Position numbers and translations under genes: made by a program. Positions 1-9,672 of a stretch of 64,000 nt of DNA are shown here, in pieces; within the stretch, counting starts at the first letter, position 1; the number at the start of each line of letters is the position of its first letter. The stretch covers positions 6,882,001 to 6,946,000 of the forward strand of contig JBHGNT010000010.1 of assembly GCA_043228905.1 (NCBI GenBank). The letters are read 5' to 3'. This DNA comes from Azolla caroliniana (lineage: Eukaryota; Plantae; Polypodiophyta). A model generated the notes under the pieces. It saw only the letters and a program-made list of their open reading frames with translations. It was not told the origin of the DNA and ran no database searches.

Positions 1-1121
1 CTTCTCAATACCTTGACGGACATCCTCCTTGGTCCAAGACCCCGGTGGTCCCGCTCAAGCGAAGCACGCTCGCACGCGCATCTTCGCGACACCGGTCACA
101 AAAGTCCCAGCACAACAAGCAACACTGGAAAGCCCCGTCACCCAAGAGCCGGAGATACAAAGGCCAACCACCCCAGCCGGCCAAGAACAAGCAGATAAGG
201 GGCGACTAGCCGAAACACACTCAGAGCCGGAATGGCAAAGTGGTCAGTTGGCAGAACCACGCAGCTTGACGCAGAAAGGCGGAACCAGCCACCGGCAAGT
301 GAAACCATCAGCCAACTCTCCGTGCAAGCGCAACAACAGTGTACCGGCAGCCAATGGCTCCAGTGGATAGGAGACCAAATTGCCGGAGTAGTCAGATGCA
401 TAGAGGCGGAGGAAAGAGCGCAAACGGAACGGTTGCTCGTCACAACCGATGAACTGGAGACGGCCCGGTCAAGGATCCGGTGCCTAGAACAAGACTTGGA
501 TCGGATCACAGGAGATATGGCCAAAATGGCCTTAACCGCAACGCAGGTCCAAGCACCGGTGACTCCGGTTGATGTACAGAAGAATAAGACCCCGGAGACA
601 CAAACTGTCCCGGCGAAAGAGGCGGCGCAAACCCAAGAGCTTGTGGAATTACGAGATGAGCTCGCCGCACAAGAAGCATTACGGAGCCGCGAACGCGACT
701 TGAAGAAGGTAGCCGAAGAAGAATTAAGAAAGACTGTTGAGAACCTTCGCCGGACAGAGGAAAACATGCGTAAAGGACATCGTGCTTACGACCGGCTGAA
801 GGAGGAAAAAGAGAAAGCGCTGCAAGAAAAAGACAAGCTGCGACGGATGGCAGAGACGGAAATAGAGAGGCTGAAGGAAGAGCTCCGTCAACAGAAGGAC
901 AGGGAGGACCGCGCGCGCCGTCAGATCAACCAACGACTGAAGCAGAAGACAGATGATTTCGATCATCTGCATCGGGACTACAAGCAGCTGGAGATAGAGC
1001 ATAAGCAACAACAGGAACGGATGGCTGAGCTCCGGCAAGAGGTTGATAGGGCCACAACAGCACTCGCCGAAGAACGAGCGGAAAGTTCCAGGCTATTGGA
1101 GGAAGCGGCGAATGACCGGAT
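1..1121 (+). mobile_element. Truncated third copy of the A/C gypsy family (accessory ORF2, coiled-coil part)
   Basis: ORF 232..1227 is colinear with ORF2 of A and C (WLQWIGDQIAG, LETARSRIRCLEQDLDR, LAAQEALRSRER). Homology stops at 1121-1123 (GG microhomology), where the sequence switches to the LTR of element B. Confidence 0.9.
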
Positions 1122-1214
1122 GGCATGTATTTGTATGTATGCAGACGACTCGAACGGTTACAACCGATCAAGTCGGCGAGGTGGATGCCGACGCCTGATC
1201 ACCCATGCACACAG

Positions 1215-1633
1215 TGTTATTCTCTAGCCGGACAAGGCCTAACACAAGGTGTCACGGAGACACTTCACCAAAGGGTGATTACGGCATAGGATTAAGATTC
1301 AACGATTACACCGACTTACATAGGTTACACGATTAGAATGCTTCGGTTAATTACACGCGTAAGATATAACAGTAATTACAGAACGGAAATCAAGACAGAA
1401 GTATAAACAACATAAGCTCTATTAATTATCCGCTGTCATTACAATGGGGTCCGGGCCTTTAAATAGGTTTCCGGCCCGTAGTACAAAACGGTGCCTCTCG
1501 CACCTATTCGGGATCCGTCCGGATCTGGAACGGCATACCGTTTCCAGTCCGTCCGTCCACACTATGCTCATTTACAACCATATCTAATTAATTCCTTCAC
1601 TCCGTATTTTGGACTCCTTGCCGGCCGGTAACA
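1215..1633 (-). repeat. 3' LTR of element A
   Basis: Direct repeat of 9673-10091; TG...CA ends; TATTTAAA on the minus strand at 1458-1465. Confidence 0.97.
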
Positions 1634-3402
1634 CTATACTCCCGGTGCAATTGCTCAAATTCCTCCGTTTTTTGTTTGAGCTTGCCGTTGATCTGGCGAT
1701 GGTTCCGGTCCTCCCGGTCCTTTACCTGCCGGAGTTCCTCGTTCAGGCGCTCTACTTCTGTTTCGGCGTTCCTCCGGAGCCTCTCCTTCTCTTGCAGCAT
1801 TTTCTCCTTCTCCTCCTTGAGCCGGTCGTACGCTTGGTGGCCTTTCCGTAAGCTCTCCTCGGCCCGGCGTAGATTCTCAGCAGTCTTTTTGAGTTCTGCC
1901 TCCGCTGCCGTCTTCAATTCTCTTTCGCGGCTCCTCAGCGCTTCTTGGGCAGCTAGCTCATCCATTAAATCCGCAAGCTCTTGGGCTTGTGCCGCATTTC
2001 TCTCCGGAACGGTTTCCGTTGCCGGGGTCTGATTGCTATGTACAGGTTGATTTGACACTTTATTCTGTACATTGCCCGGAGTCACCGGTGCTTGGACTTG
2101 TGTTGTCAAAGCGAATTGAGCCATTTCCCTTGTGACCCTGTCCAAGTCTTGTTCAAGGCTCCGGATTCTGGACCGGGCCGTCTCTAGATCTACGGTTGTG
2201 ACGAGCAACCGTTCCTGGTGCGCTCTCTCTTCCGCCTCTATATACTCGACCGCTCCGGCGATTTGCTCGCCTACCCACCGTAGCCACATGCTACTGGTGC
2301 CTTGTTGCTGTACTGGTCGGGTCGGCTCATTCCCTGTGGAATTGTCTGGCCTGAGTGCCTGCATATGCCGTTCTGGTTCTACTCCTTGGCCGCCGTGTGC
2401 TCTGGCTGGGCTCGCCGGCTGTTGAGTTCCGGTTCTCGCCGTCTCCGGAGCCGTTGGACTGACTTCTTCTATAGAAGTCGACAAGACCGGTTCCCTACGC
2501 ACCGGTTCCGGTTCTTCCCTTGTGGTTTGCTCAGGTTGAGTTGGGGGCGTTTCTGCCTCTCGCGGGTACGACCGCTCCCCTCCTGTCTCGGCGGCCCTAC
2601 TTCTTGACCGTCGTTGGAGGTGCTCTTCTGGCTCCTCCGTTTCCTCTTCCTGTGTCACGGCATGTTTCTGTGCCGTCAAGGGTTCCGGTTCCTTCTGTCC
2701 CGGTCTCCGTAAGGTTATCTTGACGGGTCGGACCGGTGACACTTCCTCCGGTTCTGGGACCCGTTTCTTCCCTTTCGTCGCCTTCGACGCCAGCAGCTGC
2801 TGTCGTTTGGACGCCGGCTTCGAGGTGCTTCCTTCCGATACTCTTGGCCGCTTCTTTGGCTGAACGGTCTCGACCGGCGGCACGAGCAATGTTATCCACT
2901 GAGCGACGGCATGCCACAGCTTCCGGCCCTCCTTGCCGTCCTTTCCTCGTACCATGTCGATTGCCACGCACAAACCGTCTGCAATCAACACCGGCCAATC
3001 CACCTTGGTCCCTTCATAGGTGGCTATGATCATCCCTGCCCGATTTTTTGGCATGACAGGGGGTCGGGGATACACGTGGCCGTACTCATGGAGCACTCGA
3101 GCTATCTCCCTGAACAGCGGATCTTTGCCGCCCTGCGTTCGATAGCCTTTGCCGGCAACAGAGTACTCACCGAAATATCGGGTGAGTTGCTCCGAGGTTG
3201 GATTATCAATCTGAAAAATTCCTCCCTCCGGAAGGCCTGTTAGCGCACGGATCGCTTCCTCGGTGATGACTTCCTTGTCGAGCTCCTTGATGACCTGGTC
3301 GGCTTCTCTGTGCGGTGGTGCTTCCATGATGGCCAAGAAGCCCTCCAGTCCGTGTTGCCTGAACCATTTCCTGGCCGCTTCCGACAGCGTTTGTGGTTCC
3401 AT
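1597..3402 (-). CDS. Accessory ORF2 of element A (PMD/ATHILA-ORF1-like N-terminus, disordered linker, long coiled coil), cut off by the 3' LTR
   Basis: The open frame extends to 3702, but the ATG at 3402 (MEPQTLSEAA) is conserved with C (MDPQTLSEAA) and follows a CT-rich leader. Motifs GLEGFL, ITEEAIRALTGLPEGG, KVDWPVLI; E/K/R-rich heptads. The last 12 codons are LTR sequence. Confidence 0.8.
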   Translation of the reverse strand: MEPQTLSEAARKWFRQHGLEGFLAIMEAPPHREADQVIKELDKEVITEEAIRALTGLPEGGIFQIDNPTSEQLTRYFGEYSVAGKGYRTQGGKDPLFREIARVLHEYGHVYPRPPVMPKNRAGMIIATYEGTKVDWPVLIADGLCVAIDMVRGKDGKEGRKLWHAVAQWITLLVPPVETVQPKKRPRVSEGSTSKPASKRQQLLASKATKGKKRVPEPEEVSPVRPVKITLRRPGQKEPEPLTAQKHAVTQEEETEEPEEHLQRRSRSRAAETGGERSYPREAETPPTQPEQTTREEPEPVRREPVLSTSIEEVSPTAPETARTGTQQPASPARAHGGQGVEPERHMQALRPDNSTGNEPTRPVQQQGTSSMWLRWVGEQIAGAVEYIEAEERAHQERLLVTTVDLETARSRIRSLEQDLDRVTREMAQFALTTQVQAPVTPGNVQNKVSNQPVHSNQTPATETVPERNAAQAQELADLMDELAAQEALRSRERELKTAAEAELKKTAENLRRAEESLRKGHQAYDRLKEEKEKMLQEKERLRRNAETEVERLNEELRQVKDREDRNHRQINGKLKQKTEEFEQLHREYSVTGRQGVQNTE

Positions 3403-3768
3403 GTCTGCTTCGAGGTCGAGGAAAGATGGCGAGGTAGAGTGGTGATGAGAGTGAGGACGAGAGAGAGAGCGTTCTGAACCTGGGGGTTCTCTGCGTGCAT
3501 GTTCGCGTTTGCTCAGCTTCCACTGTCTTGGTGCTTCTGTGCTTCTTGGCTCGCGAAATGAAAAGGTCTCCATGCGTTCTGCTTCTTCTTTGTGCGTTTT
3601 GGCGCCTTTTTCGAGCATGCACACGTCGTGTACCAATTTAGTATTAAGTAGCGTGGCGGCTCTTAAATGCCCACTACGTACCTTTTCGCGCCTTGCTTTC
3701 ACACCCGTTCATACCTCGATTTTTAATGATTTTTTTTTTTTTTTTTTTTTGAATGACGGTGTGTGACC

Positions 3769-6700
3769 TTACACATCCGTAGGTCCCCTCGGACCCTTAC
3801 CGTTTTCCTTACGGGTTGCCGTGTCTTCCTTCGCCTCTGCTACTGGTTCCCCGTCGTCTTTTTCTTCCGGACCGATACGTACCGATCCCGGTGTAGTGCC
3901 GGTGAGCTGCATAAACGGGTTCTTTGGCATTGGTCCTTTATAGGGTTTTAGTCGAAATCCGTTTACCCACTTGCCTAGTACTTCACCGGCAAGTGTCCCT
4001 ATCTGATAGGACCCGTTGTATTCCCGTGTCAGCCAATACGGGCCTGTCCATCTGAACCGGAGTTTACCCGGCATCTTGCCCATCCTCGTTTGGAATACCA
4101 GCACCGGCTTTCCGATTTCGAACATCTTCTCATTACCTTTTCGGTGACGGTCAACGAACGCTTTCCGTCGTCGTTGCTCCAGTTCCATGTGTAGGATGTT
4201 GGCCAGCCGTTGCTCCTCCAGTTCGCATAGTGCTGCTAGCCGCATTTCCTCCGACTTCTTTTCATTCAGCCGTTCCCGTAGTTGGATCCGTAAGCTTGGT
4301 ACCTGAAATTCCACCGGCATGACCGCTTCTAAGCCGAATGCTAACCGGAACGGCGTTGTCCGGATACTTGTTTTGTATGCCGTTCTGTACGCCCATAGCG
4401 CACTATGGAGCTTTGTGTCCCAGTCAGTCCGGTTTTCATTGACAATTTTGCGGAGAATGTTCTGCAGCGTTTTGTTGGTGGACTCTGCTAATCCGTTCGC
4501 CTGTGGGTAGTACGGTGTGCTTCGTTTATGGACCACGGCATAGAACGTTGTTAAGCTTTCCACTACCTGGCCAAGGAAGTGGCCTCCTTGGTCGCTGATT
4601 AATTCAATCGGACATCCATACCGGCACCAAATGTTTTCGTACAGGAATTTTGCCGTGGATGACGCGGTGTTGTCTCTCAGGGCCTTAGCTTCCACCCATT
4701 TCGTGCAATAATCCGTTGCCACGATGACATAACGATTACCTGTTCTCATTGCCGGTGGCTTGAACGGTCCGACAAAATCCAACCCCCACTTCTGGAATGG
4801 CTCTAGTGGAAGTACCGGTTGGTGTGGCATCCGTGCTTGCTCCGTAGGCTGGCCCATTCGTTGGCATAGGTCACATTCCTTAGCATACTTGACGGCGTCT
4901 TTTAACGTCGTGGGCCACCATAAGCCGCTCTGCCATACTTTCCTCGCCGTCGCTTCCCCGGCATAGTGTCCTCCGGCAACCCCACAGTGTGCTTCCCGTA
5001 AGATTACTTCTTTCTCGTCACTACGGACTGCCCGTCTCCATATTCCATCCGCTCCTTTGTGGTAGAGAGTGTCCCGTAACAGACAGAAATTGCGGCTCTG
5101 CACCGCCAGTCGTTTCCTCTCGTCCCGGTTCATTTCCTCCGGTGGCAGGCCCGTGCTTAGGAACTGGTGCATGTTTGTCAGCCATTTATCTTCTGATGCC
5201 ACCGTGTCGTCCGCTGCCGTTTCCGGGGTGATACGGAATAACTCCGCGTCCGGGAATTCATCCGCTACTCCGTCGCCTGGTTCTCCGGACTCTAACCGGC
5301 TCAGGTAGTCTGCTACGGCATGCTGGATACCGGGCCGGTGGAAAATCTCGAATTCGAACTCCTGCAACAGCAAGGTCCAACGGGCCAACTTACCGGTCAA
5401 GGACGCCTTGGAAACTAAGTAGAGGAGCGCCGAGTGATCCACATGGAAGGAGAACTTCCTTCCCAATAGGTAGTGACGAAACTTTGTTACACTGTAGATC
5501 ATGCCCAGCGCCTCCCGTTCCGTCGTTGAATAGTTCTTCTCCGCTTGGGACAGCTTCCGGCTGGCGTAATATACCGGCCGGTACCATTTAGGCTCCGTAA
5601 GTTGCATTAAGGCGCTGCCAATAGCGATGTCGGAAGCGTCCACGAACACATGAAATTCCTTGCTCCAATCCGGAGGCTGCACGATGGGTGCTTGCGATAA
5701 AAGTACCTTCAGGGCATTGTATGCCTTATCCTCCGTATCCGTCCATTGGAACGGTGTCCGATGTACCGCGGTGTGTAATGGTGTAGCCAAGTCAGCCAAG
5801 TGACGGAGCATCCGGCTGTGCCACCGGATCTGTCCTAAGAATCGGCTTAGTGCTTTGGCCGTTTTCGGCGCCGGTGCCCCTAGTATGGCGTTTACTTTGT
5901 CCGGGTCGACCGCAATGCCCTCCTTACTTACAATGTGTCCCAGCAATATTCCACTTGAAACCCCAAAGATGCATTTTGCTGGGTTTAAGCTTAGCCGGTA
6001 TAACCTACACTTTTCAAGGCATAACCGTAGGTGCTGCAAATGGTCTTTTCCCCGGCTATAGACTGCAAAATCATCCAGGAAAACTTGCATGAAGGCAGGA
6101 ATGTATTCGCCGAAGATCTCCATGATGATTCGCTGGAAAGTTGCTGGTGCCGTTTTTAGGCCGAACATCATGACTTCGGCCACAAACACCCCCCATTCGG
6201 TGACGAACGCTGTCTTCTCCTGGTCGTCGGGGTGCATCCGGATTTGATTGTATCCGCTGAAGCCGTCTAAAAAGCTATAAACGTCATGGCCGGCGACGGC
6301 ATCCAGTACTCCATCCGTGAACGGAAGAGGGAATGCATCCGTAATTGTGGCGGCATTTAGTTTCCTGTAATCTACACACACACGGATTTTACCGTTCTTC
6401 TTTGGGACGACGACGATGGGGCTCAGCCACGTCGCTTTCTTTACCGGCCGGATGAAGCCCACTCTTAGGAGTTTGTCGATTTCCTCCTTCACTTTGGCGG
6501 CGTAGTTGGGGTTCATTCGGTATCGTCTTTGCGCCACTGGTTTCGCGTCCTTGCCTAAGTGGATCTGATGCTGATATAATTGAGGGTCCAGCCCTCGCAT
6601 GTCTTCGTATGACCAGGCGAATACGTCGCGAAACTCCGTGAGAAGTTTGATCATCGCCGCTTTATCTTCCGGCTTCATTTCTTTGGCGATGTGTACCGGC

Positions 6701-9621
6701 TTTGATTCGTCCTTGCTTCCTAGGTTCACTTCGTCGAGCTGGGATGCTTTTACCCGTTGGGAAACGGCCATTTCCCGTTCCAACGCTTCCTGTGCTTGCC
6801 GTAATTCCCGAATCGCATCTTTGTCTGGTTCGGCTTCGGTGTCGTCCCGCTGCGGCAAGTATGCGGCTACGGCTTCAGCTACGTCAATCTCGAAGAGTGG
6901 TACGATCTTCGGATGTTCCTCCAAGTACTGGGCTTCTTCGTCGTCTGCCAATCCTTCAAGCATGTTCACACATTCCGCATACAGCGGTGTGCATTCCTTA
7001 CCGTTGCTCGTCCGTGGTTGTGTCGGTACCCGGACCTTGGCTTTTCCGCGCCGGAAGGTAATCATATTTTTTCGCCAATTTTGCTTGATGTGTGTTGTTT
7101 TCAACCATGGTCTGCCCAGCAACAGAGGGTACGCGCCTTGCGCCTGTAGCTGCAGCACTACAGCCGAGATGTGAAATGTGTGACCTCCTATGGTGACTTC
7201 CAATTTCCGTATTAAGCCCGTCGGCCGTACCGAGCTCGTATCCGCCATCCGTAGCCAGAACGGGCATGGCTCCCATTCATGTATTCCCAAGGCATCACAC
7301 GTACGGAGGCTTATTACGTTCACCCCGGAACCTCCATCGATTACGGTGCCGGGAAGTTCGTGCCCTTTGACAATAGCTGTAATCGCCGGACTACTAGTGT
7401 CCACCACCGTCGGTCCCTCCTCCGGATTCGAGAAAAGGACTGGTGCCGGTGGAGCTATACCGTCTGACATGACCGTTTTTAGTCCTTCTGTGAATCGCGG
7501 CACGAGCTGCAAGAGTCTTCCTAATGGTAACGTGATCTGACATTCTTGTAGTGCTTGCCATGTCTCGTTTTCTGGGTGGCTACCGCCGGCACTCCCTATG
7601 GTCTTCGCCTTTTGCCGTTCCGCGTCCGCGACGTTCCTTTCATTGGCTTCCTTCACCCATTCCGTCGCCTGTTTTCGTATGGCCTCTTGTGTTTCCCATT
7701 CTTTGGCCATGCCTTTCGACCGTGTGGTTACTTGCTGTAAATCCGCCACTTCCGGAACCACCATATTAACTGCTGGTCGTTTCTCGTAGCTCTTTACCGG
7801 GCACTGGTTACTGTAGTGGCCTTCCTGCCTGCAATAGTAGCAGTACTCTTTACGGGTATTGCTGGATTCAGCATTGCTGGTAGCCGGAGTCGGTCCCGTA
7901 GTGAGTGGTGCGTTCTGTGCCGGTTGGCTCCTTGGGGTTCCCTGTTCCGGGTCCCTAGTGTGACCACCTTTCTTGAAATTACGTTTCTTATTATTCTTAT
8001 TTTTATTTCGGTAGTCCGGTCGTGGTAGATCGTAAAATCGGCCGTAGTCCTCCTGGTGCCTTCGGTAACCCGGGGAATGGTCTCTGTCGTATTGCTCGTG
8101 TCGTCTGTTGGGCTCCCGATAACGGTCCGATCGCTCATACCGGTCGTAGTTATCACGCCGATTCCCGTACCGGCCATCATTCTCTTGCCTGTCCCCGTAC
8201 CGGACATCCTGTGCCGGTGGGTACCGGTTCATTCTTTGCCAACGATCGTCATCTTTGTCTCGGCTGCTTCTTGGCTCGATCCGTCGGACGGGTGGTGCTT
8301 GTCGATTTAACAGGTTGTACTCGCACCGGTCCGTTGTATGACTCTTGGATTGACAAATCACACACTGAGTGCGCATGGTGCACTCTACTGCCGAGTGTCC
8401 GGCATTCAAGCAGATTGTGCATTGAATTGCCTGCCGGAACCGGAGATCTTCCTCGGTGGGTAACGCCCGTTGCAGTGTTCCCAGCGTAAGCCATGAGCTT
8501 GTCTTTTCCATTTCTCTGACCCGGTCAATGACCTGGTCGATGGTGCATCCTCGAAAGTCGATTACCGTACACACCGTGCGTAACGGTTCCCGGAGTGCGT
8601 TTAAAAATATCGTCCGTAATTCCTCCTCCGGGGGTGCACGGGCAAGCTGGCTATGCATTCGTTGGAAACGGATGACGAATTGGGGAATGCTTTCCCCTGC
8701 CTCCTGCCGGATCGTATAAAACAGGCCCACCATTGTCGTCTGGTCGACCTCCTTGTGGAAAAAATGCAAGAATTTTGCTTTTAATTCTGCAAAGGTTGTG
8801 ATGGTCGCCGGGTCCTGCGTGCGCCGCCATCGTGTCGCCGGTCCCTCCAACGTGACTCCGAATTCCGCTATCTTCAAGCGTTCTTCTTCCTCAGGTGTCA
8901 TTCGCTGGGACGTGTGATTTGCTTCCCATGTCTGCTCGAAGTCATGAACATGCGCTTCCGCGTCCGGGTCATCGCGATACTTTGAGTATTGGAACGGCAT
9001 GTCGTCGTCCAGTATTAGGCCGCGGTTTCGTGGCGTTTGTTGATATCTTTCCGGTTCTTTTTCCGGTTCCACTTCCGGTTCTTTTGCCGGTGCTTTTTCC
9101 GGTTCTTTTTCCGGCTCTTCTTCCGGTACCTTTGCCGGCTCTTTCGTTGGTGTTGGTGGCTTTGCTTCTTCCACTTCCGGTGTTGGTGGGTTGACGGCTT
9201 CCGTTTGCGGTTCCGGATAGCCCTGGTTGAGCGGTTCCGGTTCTGGAGTCGGCACGGTATCCGACCCGTCGTCTTCCGGGCCGCCGGGGGTATCGTTGCT
9301 GCTCCGGTAGTTCGTGTGCACGTTGTATCCCCCTTCGGAATCCGATTCGTAGGCTGAAAAGGCTTCTGCCTCGTTTTCTCCGCTTGCCAGCGCCTCCAGG
9401 AGGCGTTCGGTTTCCCGGAGACTACTTAGACTGCTTCCGTCGTCCTGGTCGCGAGTTTGCCGTAACCGGAGAGATTCCTCCGCGACTCTCCGGATCTCGT
9501 TGGAGAACGAACGATCCGAGCGAATTTCCTGCGCTGCTTGCTGGAAAGTCTCACGCCGTCTTTGCCGTTCGGCGAGGCGTCGAGCTCGGTCTGTAACCAA
9601 GTCGTGCGTTGGACTAGTCAT
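3769..9621 (-). CDS. Gag-Pol polyprotein of element A (1950 aa)
   Basis: Gag with CCHC knuckles; protease VIDGGSGVN; RT FLDGFSGYNQI and FLDDF; RNase H FVDASD; integrase HHCC, WGLDFVGP, SDQG, NGLAE, GPY. No chromodomain. Confidence 0.97.
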   Translation of the reverse strand: MTSPTHDLVTDRARRLAERQRRRETFQQAAQEIRSDRSFSNEIRRVAEESLRLRQTRDQDDGSSLSSLRETERLLEALASGENEAEAFSAYESDSEGGYNVHTNYRSSNDTPGGPEDDGSDTVPTPEPEPLNQGYPEPQTEAVNPPTPEVEEAKPPTPTKEPAKVPEEEPEKEPEKAPAKEPEVEPEKEPERYQQTPRNRGLILDDDMPFQYSKYRDDPDAEAHVHDFEQTWEANHTSQRMTPEEEERLKIAEFGVTLEGPATRWRRTQDPATITTFAELKAKFLHFFHKEVDQTTMVGLFYTIRQEAGESIPQFVIRFQRMHSQLARAPPEEELRTIFLNALREPLRTVCTVIDFRGCTIDQVIDRVREMEKTSSWLTLGTLQRALPTEEDLRFRQAIQCTICLNAGHSAVECTMRTQCVICQSKSHTTDRCEYNLLNRQAPPVRRIEPRSSRDKDDDRWQRMNRYPPAQDVRYGDRQENDGRYGNRRDNYDRYERSDRYREPNRRHEQYDRDHSPGYRRHQEDYGRFYDLPRPDYRNKNKNNKKRNFKKGGHTRDPEQGTPRSQPAQNAPLTTGPTPATSNAESSNTRKEYCYYCRQEGHYSNQCPVKSYEKRPAVNMVVPEVADLQQVTTRSKGMAKEWETQEAIRKQATEWVKEANERNVADAERQKAKTIGSAGGSHPENETWQALQECQITLPLGRLLQLVPRFTEGLKTVMSDGIAPPAPVLFSNPEEGPTVVDTSSPAITAIVKGHELPGTVIDGGSGVNVISLRTCDALGIHEWEPCPFWLRMADTSSVRPTGLIRKLEVTIGGHTFHISAVVLQLQAQGAYPLLLGRPWLKTTHIKQNWRKNMITFRRGKAKVRVPTQPRTSNGKECTPLYAECVNMLEGLADDEEAQYLEEHPKIVPLFEIDVAEAVAAYLPQRDDTEAEPDKDAIRELRQAQEALEREMAVSQRVKASQLDEVNLGSKDESKPVHIAKEMKPEDKAAMIKLLTEFRDVFAWSYEDMRGLDPQLYQHQIHLGKDAKPVAQRRYRMNPNYAAKVKEEIDKLLRVGFIRPVKKATWLSPIVVVPKKNGKIRVCVDYRKLNAATITDAFPLPFTDGVLDAVAGHDVYSFLDGFSGYNQIRMHPDDQEKTAFVTEWGVFVAEVMMFGLKTAPATFQRIIMEIFGEYIPAFMQVFLDDFAVYSRGKDHLQHLRLCLEKCRLYRLSLNPAKCIFGVSSGILLGHIVSKEGIAVDPDKVNAILGAPAPKTAKALSRFLGQIRWHSRMLRHLADLATPLHTAVHRTPFQWTDTEDKAYNALKVLLSQAPIVQPPDWSKEFHVFVDASDIAIGSALMQLTEPKWYRPVYYASRKLSQAEKNYSTTEREALGMIYSVTKFRHYLLGRKFSFHVDHSALLYLVSKASLTGKLARWTLLLQEFEFEIFHRPGIQHAVADYLSRLESGEPGDGVADEFPDAELFRITPETAADDTVASEDKWLTNMHQFLSTGLPPEEMNRDERKRLAVQSRNFCLLRDTLYHKGADGIWRRAVRSDEKEVILREAHCGVAGGHYAGEATARKVWQSGLWWPTTLKDAVKYAKECDLCQRMGQPTEQARMPHQPVLPLEPFQKWGLDFVGPFKPPAMRTGNRYVIVATDYCTKWVEAKALRDNTASSTAKFLYENIWCRYGCPIELISDQGGHFLGQVVESLTTFYAVVHKRSTPYYPQANGLAESTNKTLQNILRKIVNENRTDWDTKLHSALWAYRTAYKTSIRTTPFRLAFGLEAVMPVEFQVPSLRIQLRERLNEKKSEEMRLAALCELEEQRLANILHMELEQRRRKAFVDRHRKGNEKMFEIGKPVLVFQTRMGKMPGKLRFRWTGPYWLTREYNGSYQIGTLAGEVLGKWVNGFRLKPYKGPMPKNPFMQLTGTTPGSVRIGPEEKDDGEPVAEAKEDTATRKENGKGPRGPTDV

Positions 9622-9653
9622 CCATTACCGTCGTTCGCTGCGAGAAAGCAGGA

Positions 9654-9666
9654 ATCGTGGTCGCCA
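9654..9666 (-). promoter_or_regulatory. Primer-binding site of A (tRNA-Arg)
   Basis: TGGCGACCACGAT, 6 nt inside the 5' LTR; complementary to the 3' end plus CCA of the tRNA-Arg(UCG) at 47272-47345. Confidence 0.9.
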
Positions 9667-9672
9667 AAACTG

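Noticed and set aside
1122-1227. C-terminus of ORF 232..1227 (ACICMYADDS...)
   Set aside because: Read-through from truncated ORF2 into LTR B and LTR A; not a real protein end.
1597-3702. ORF2 as a retroviral-type envelope
   Set aside because: No signal peptide, transmembrane segment or Cys pattern visible; the protein is hydrophilic.
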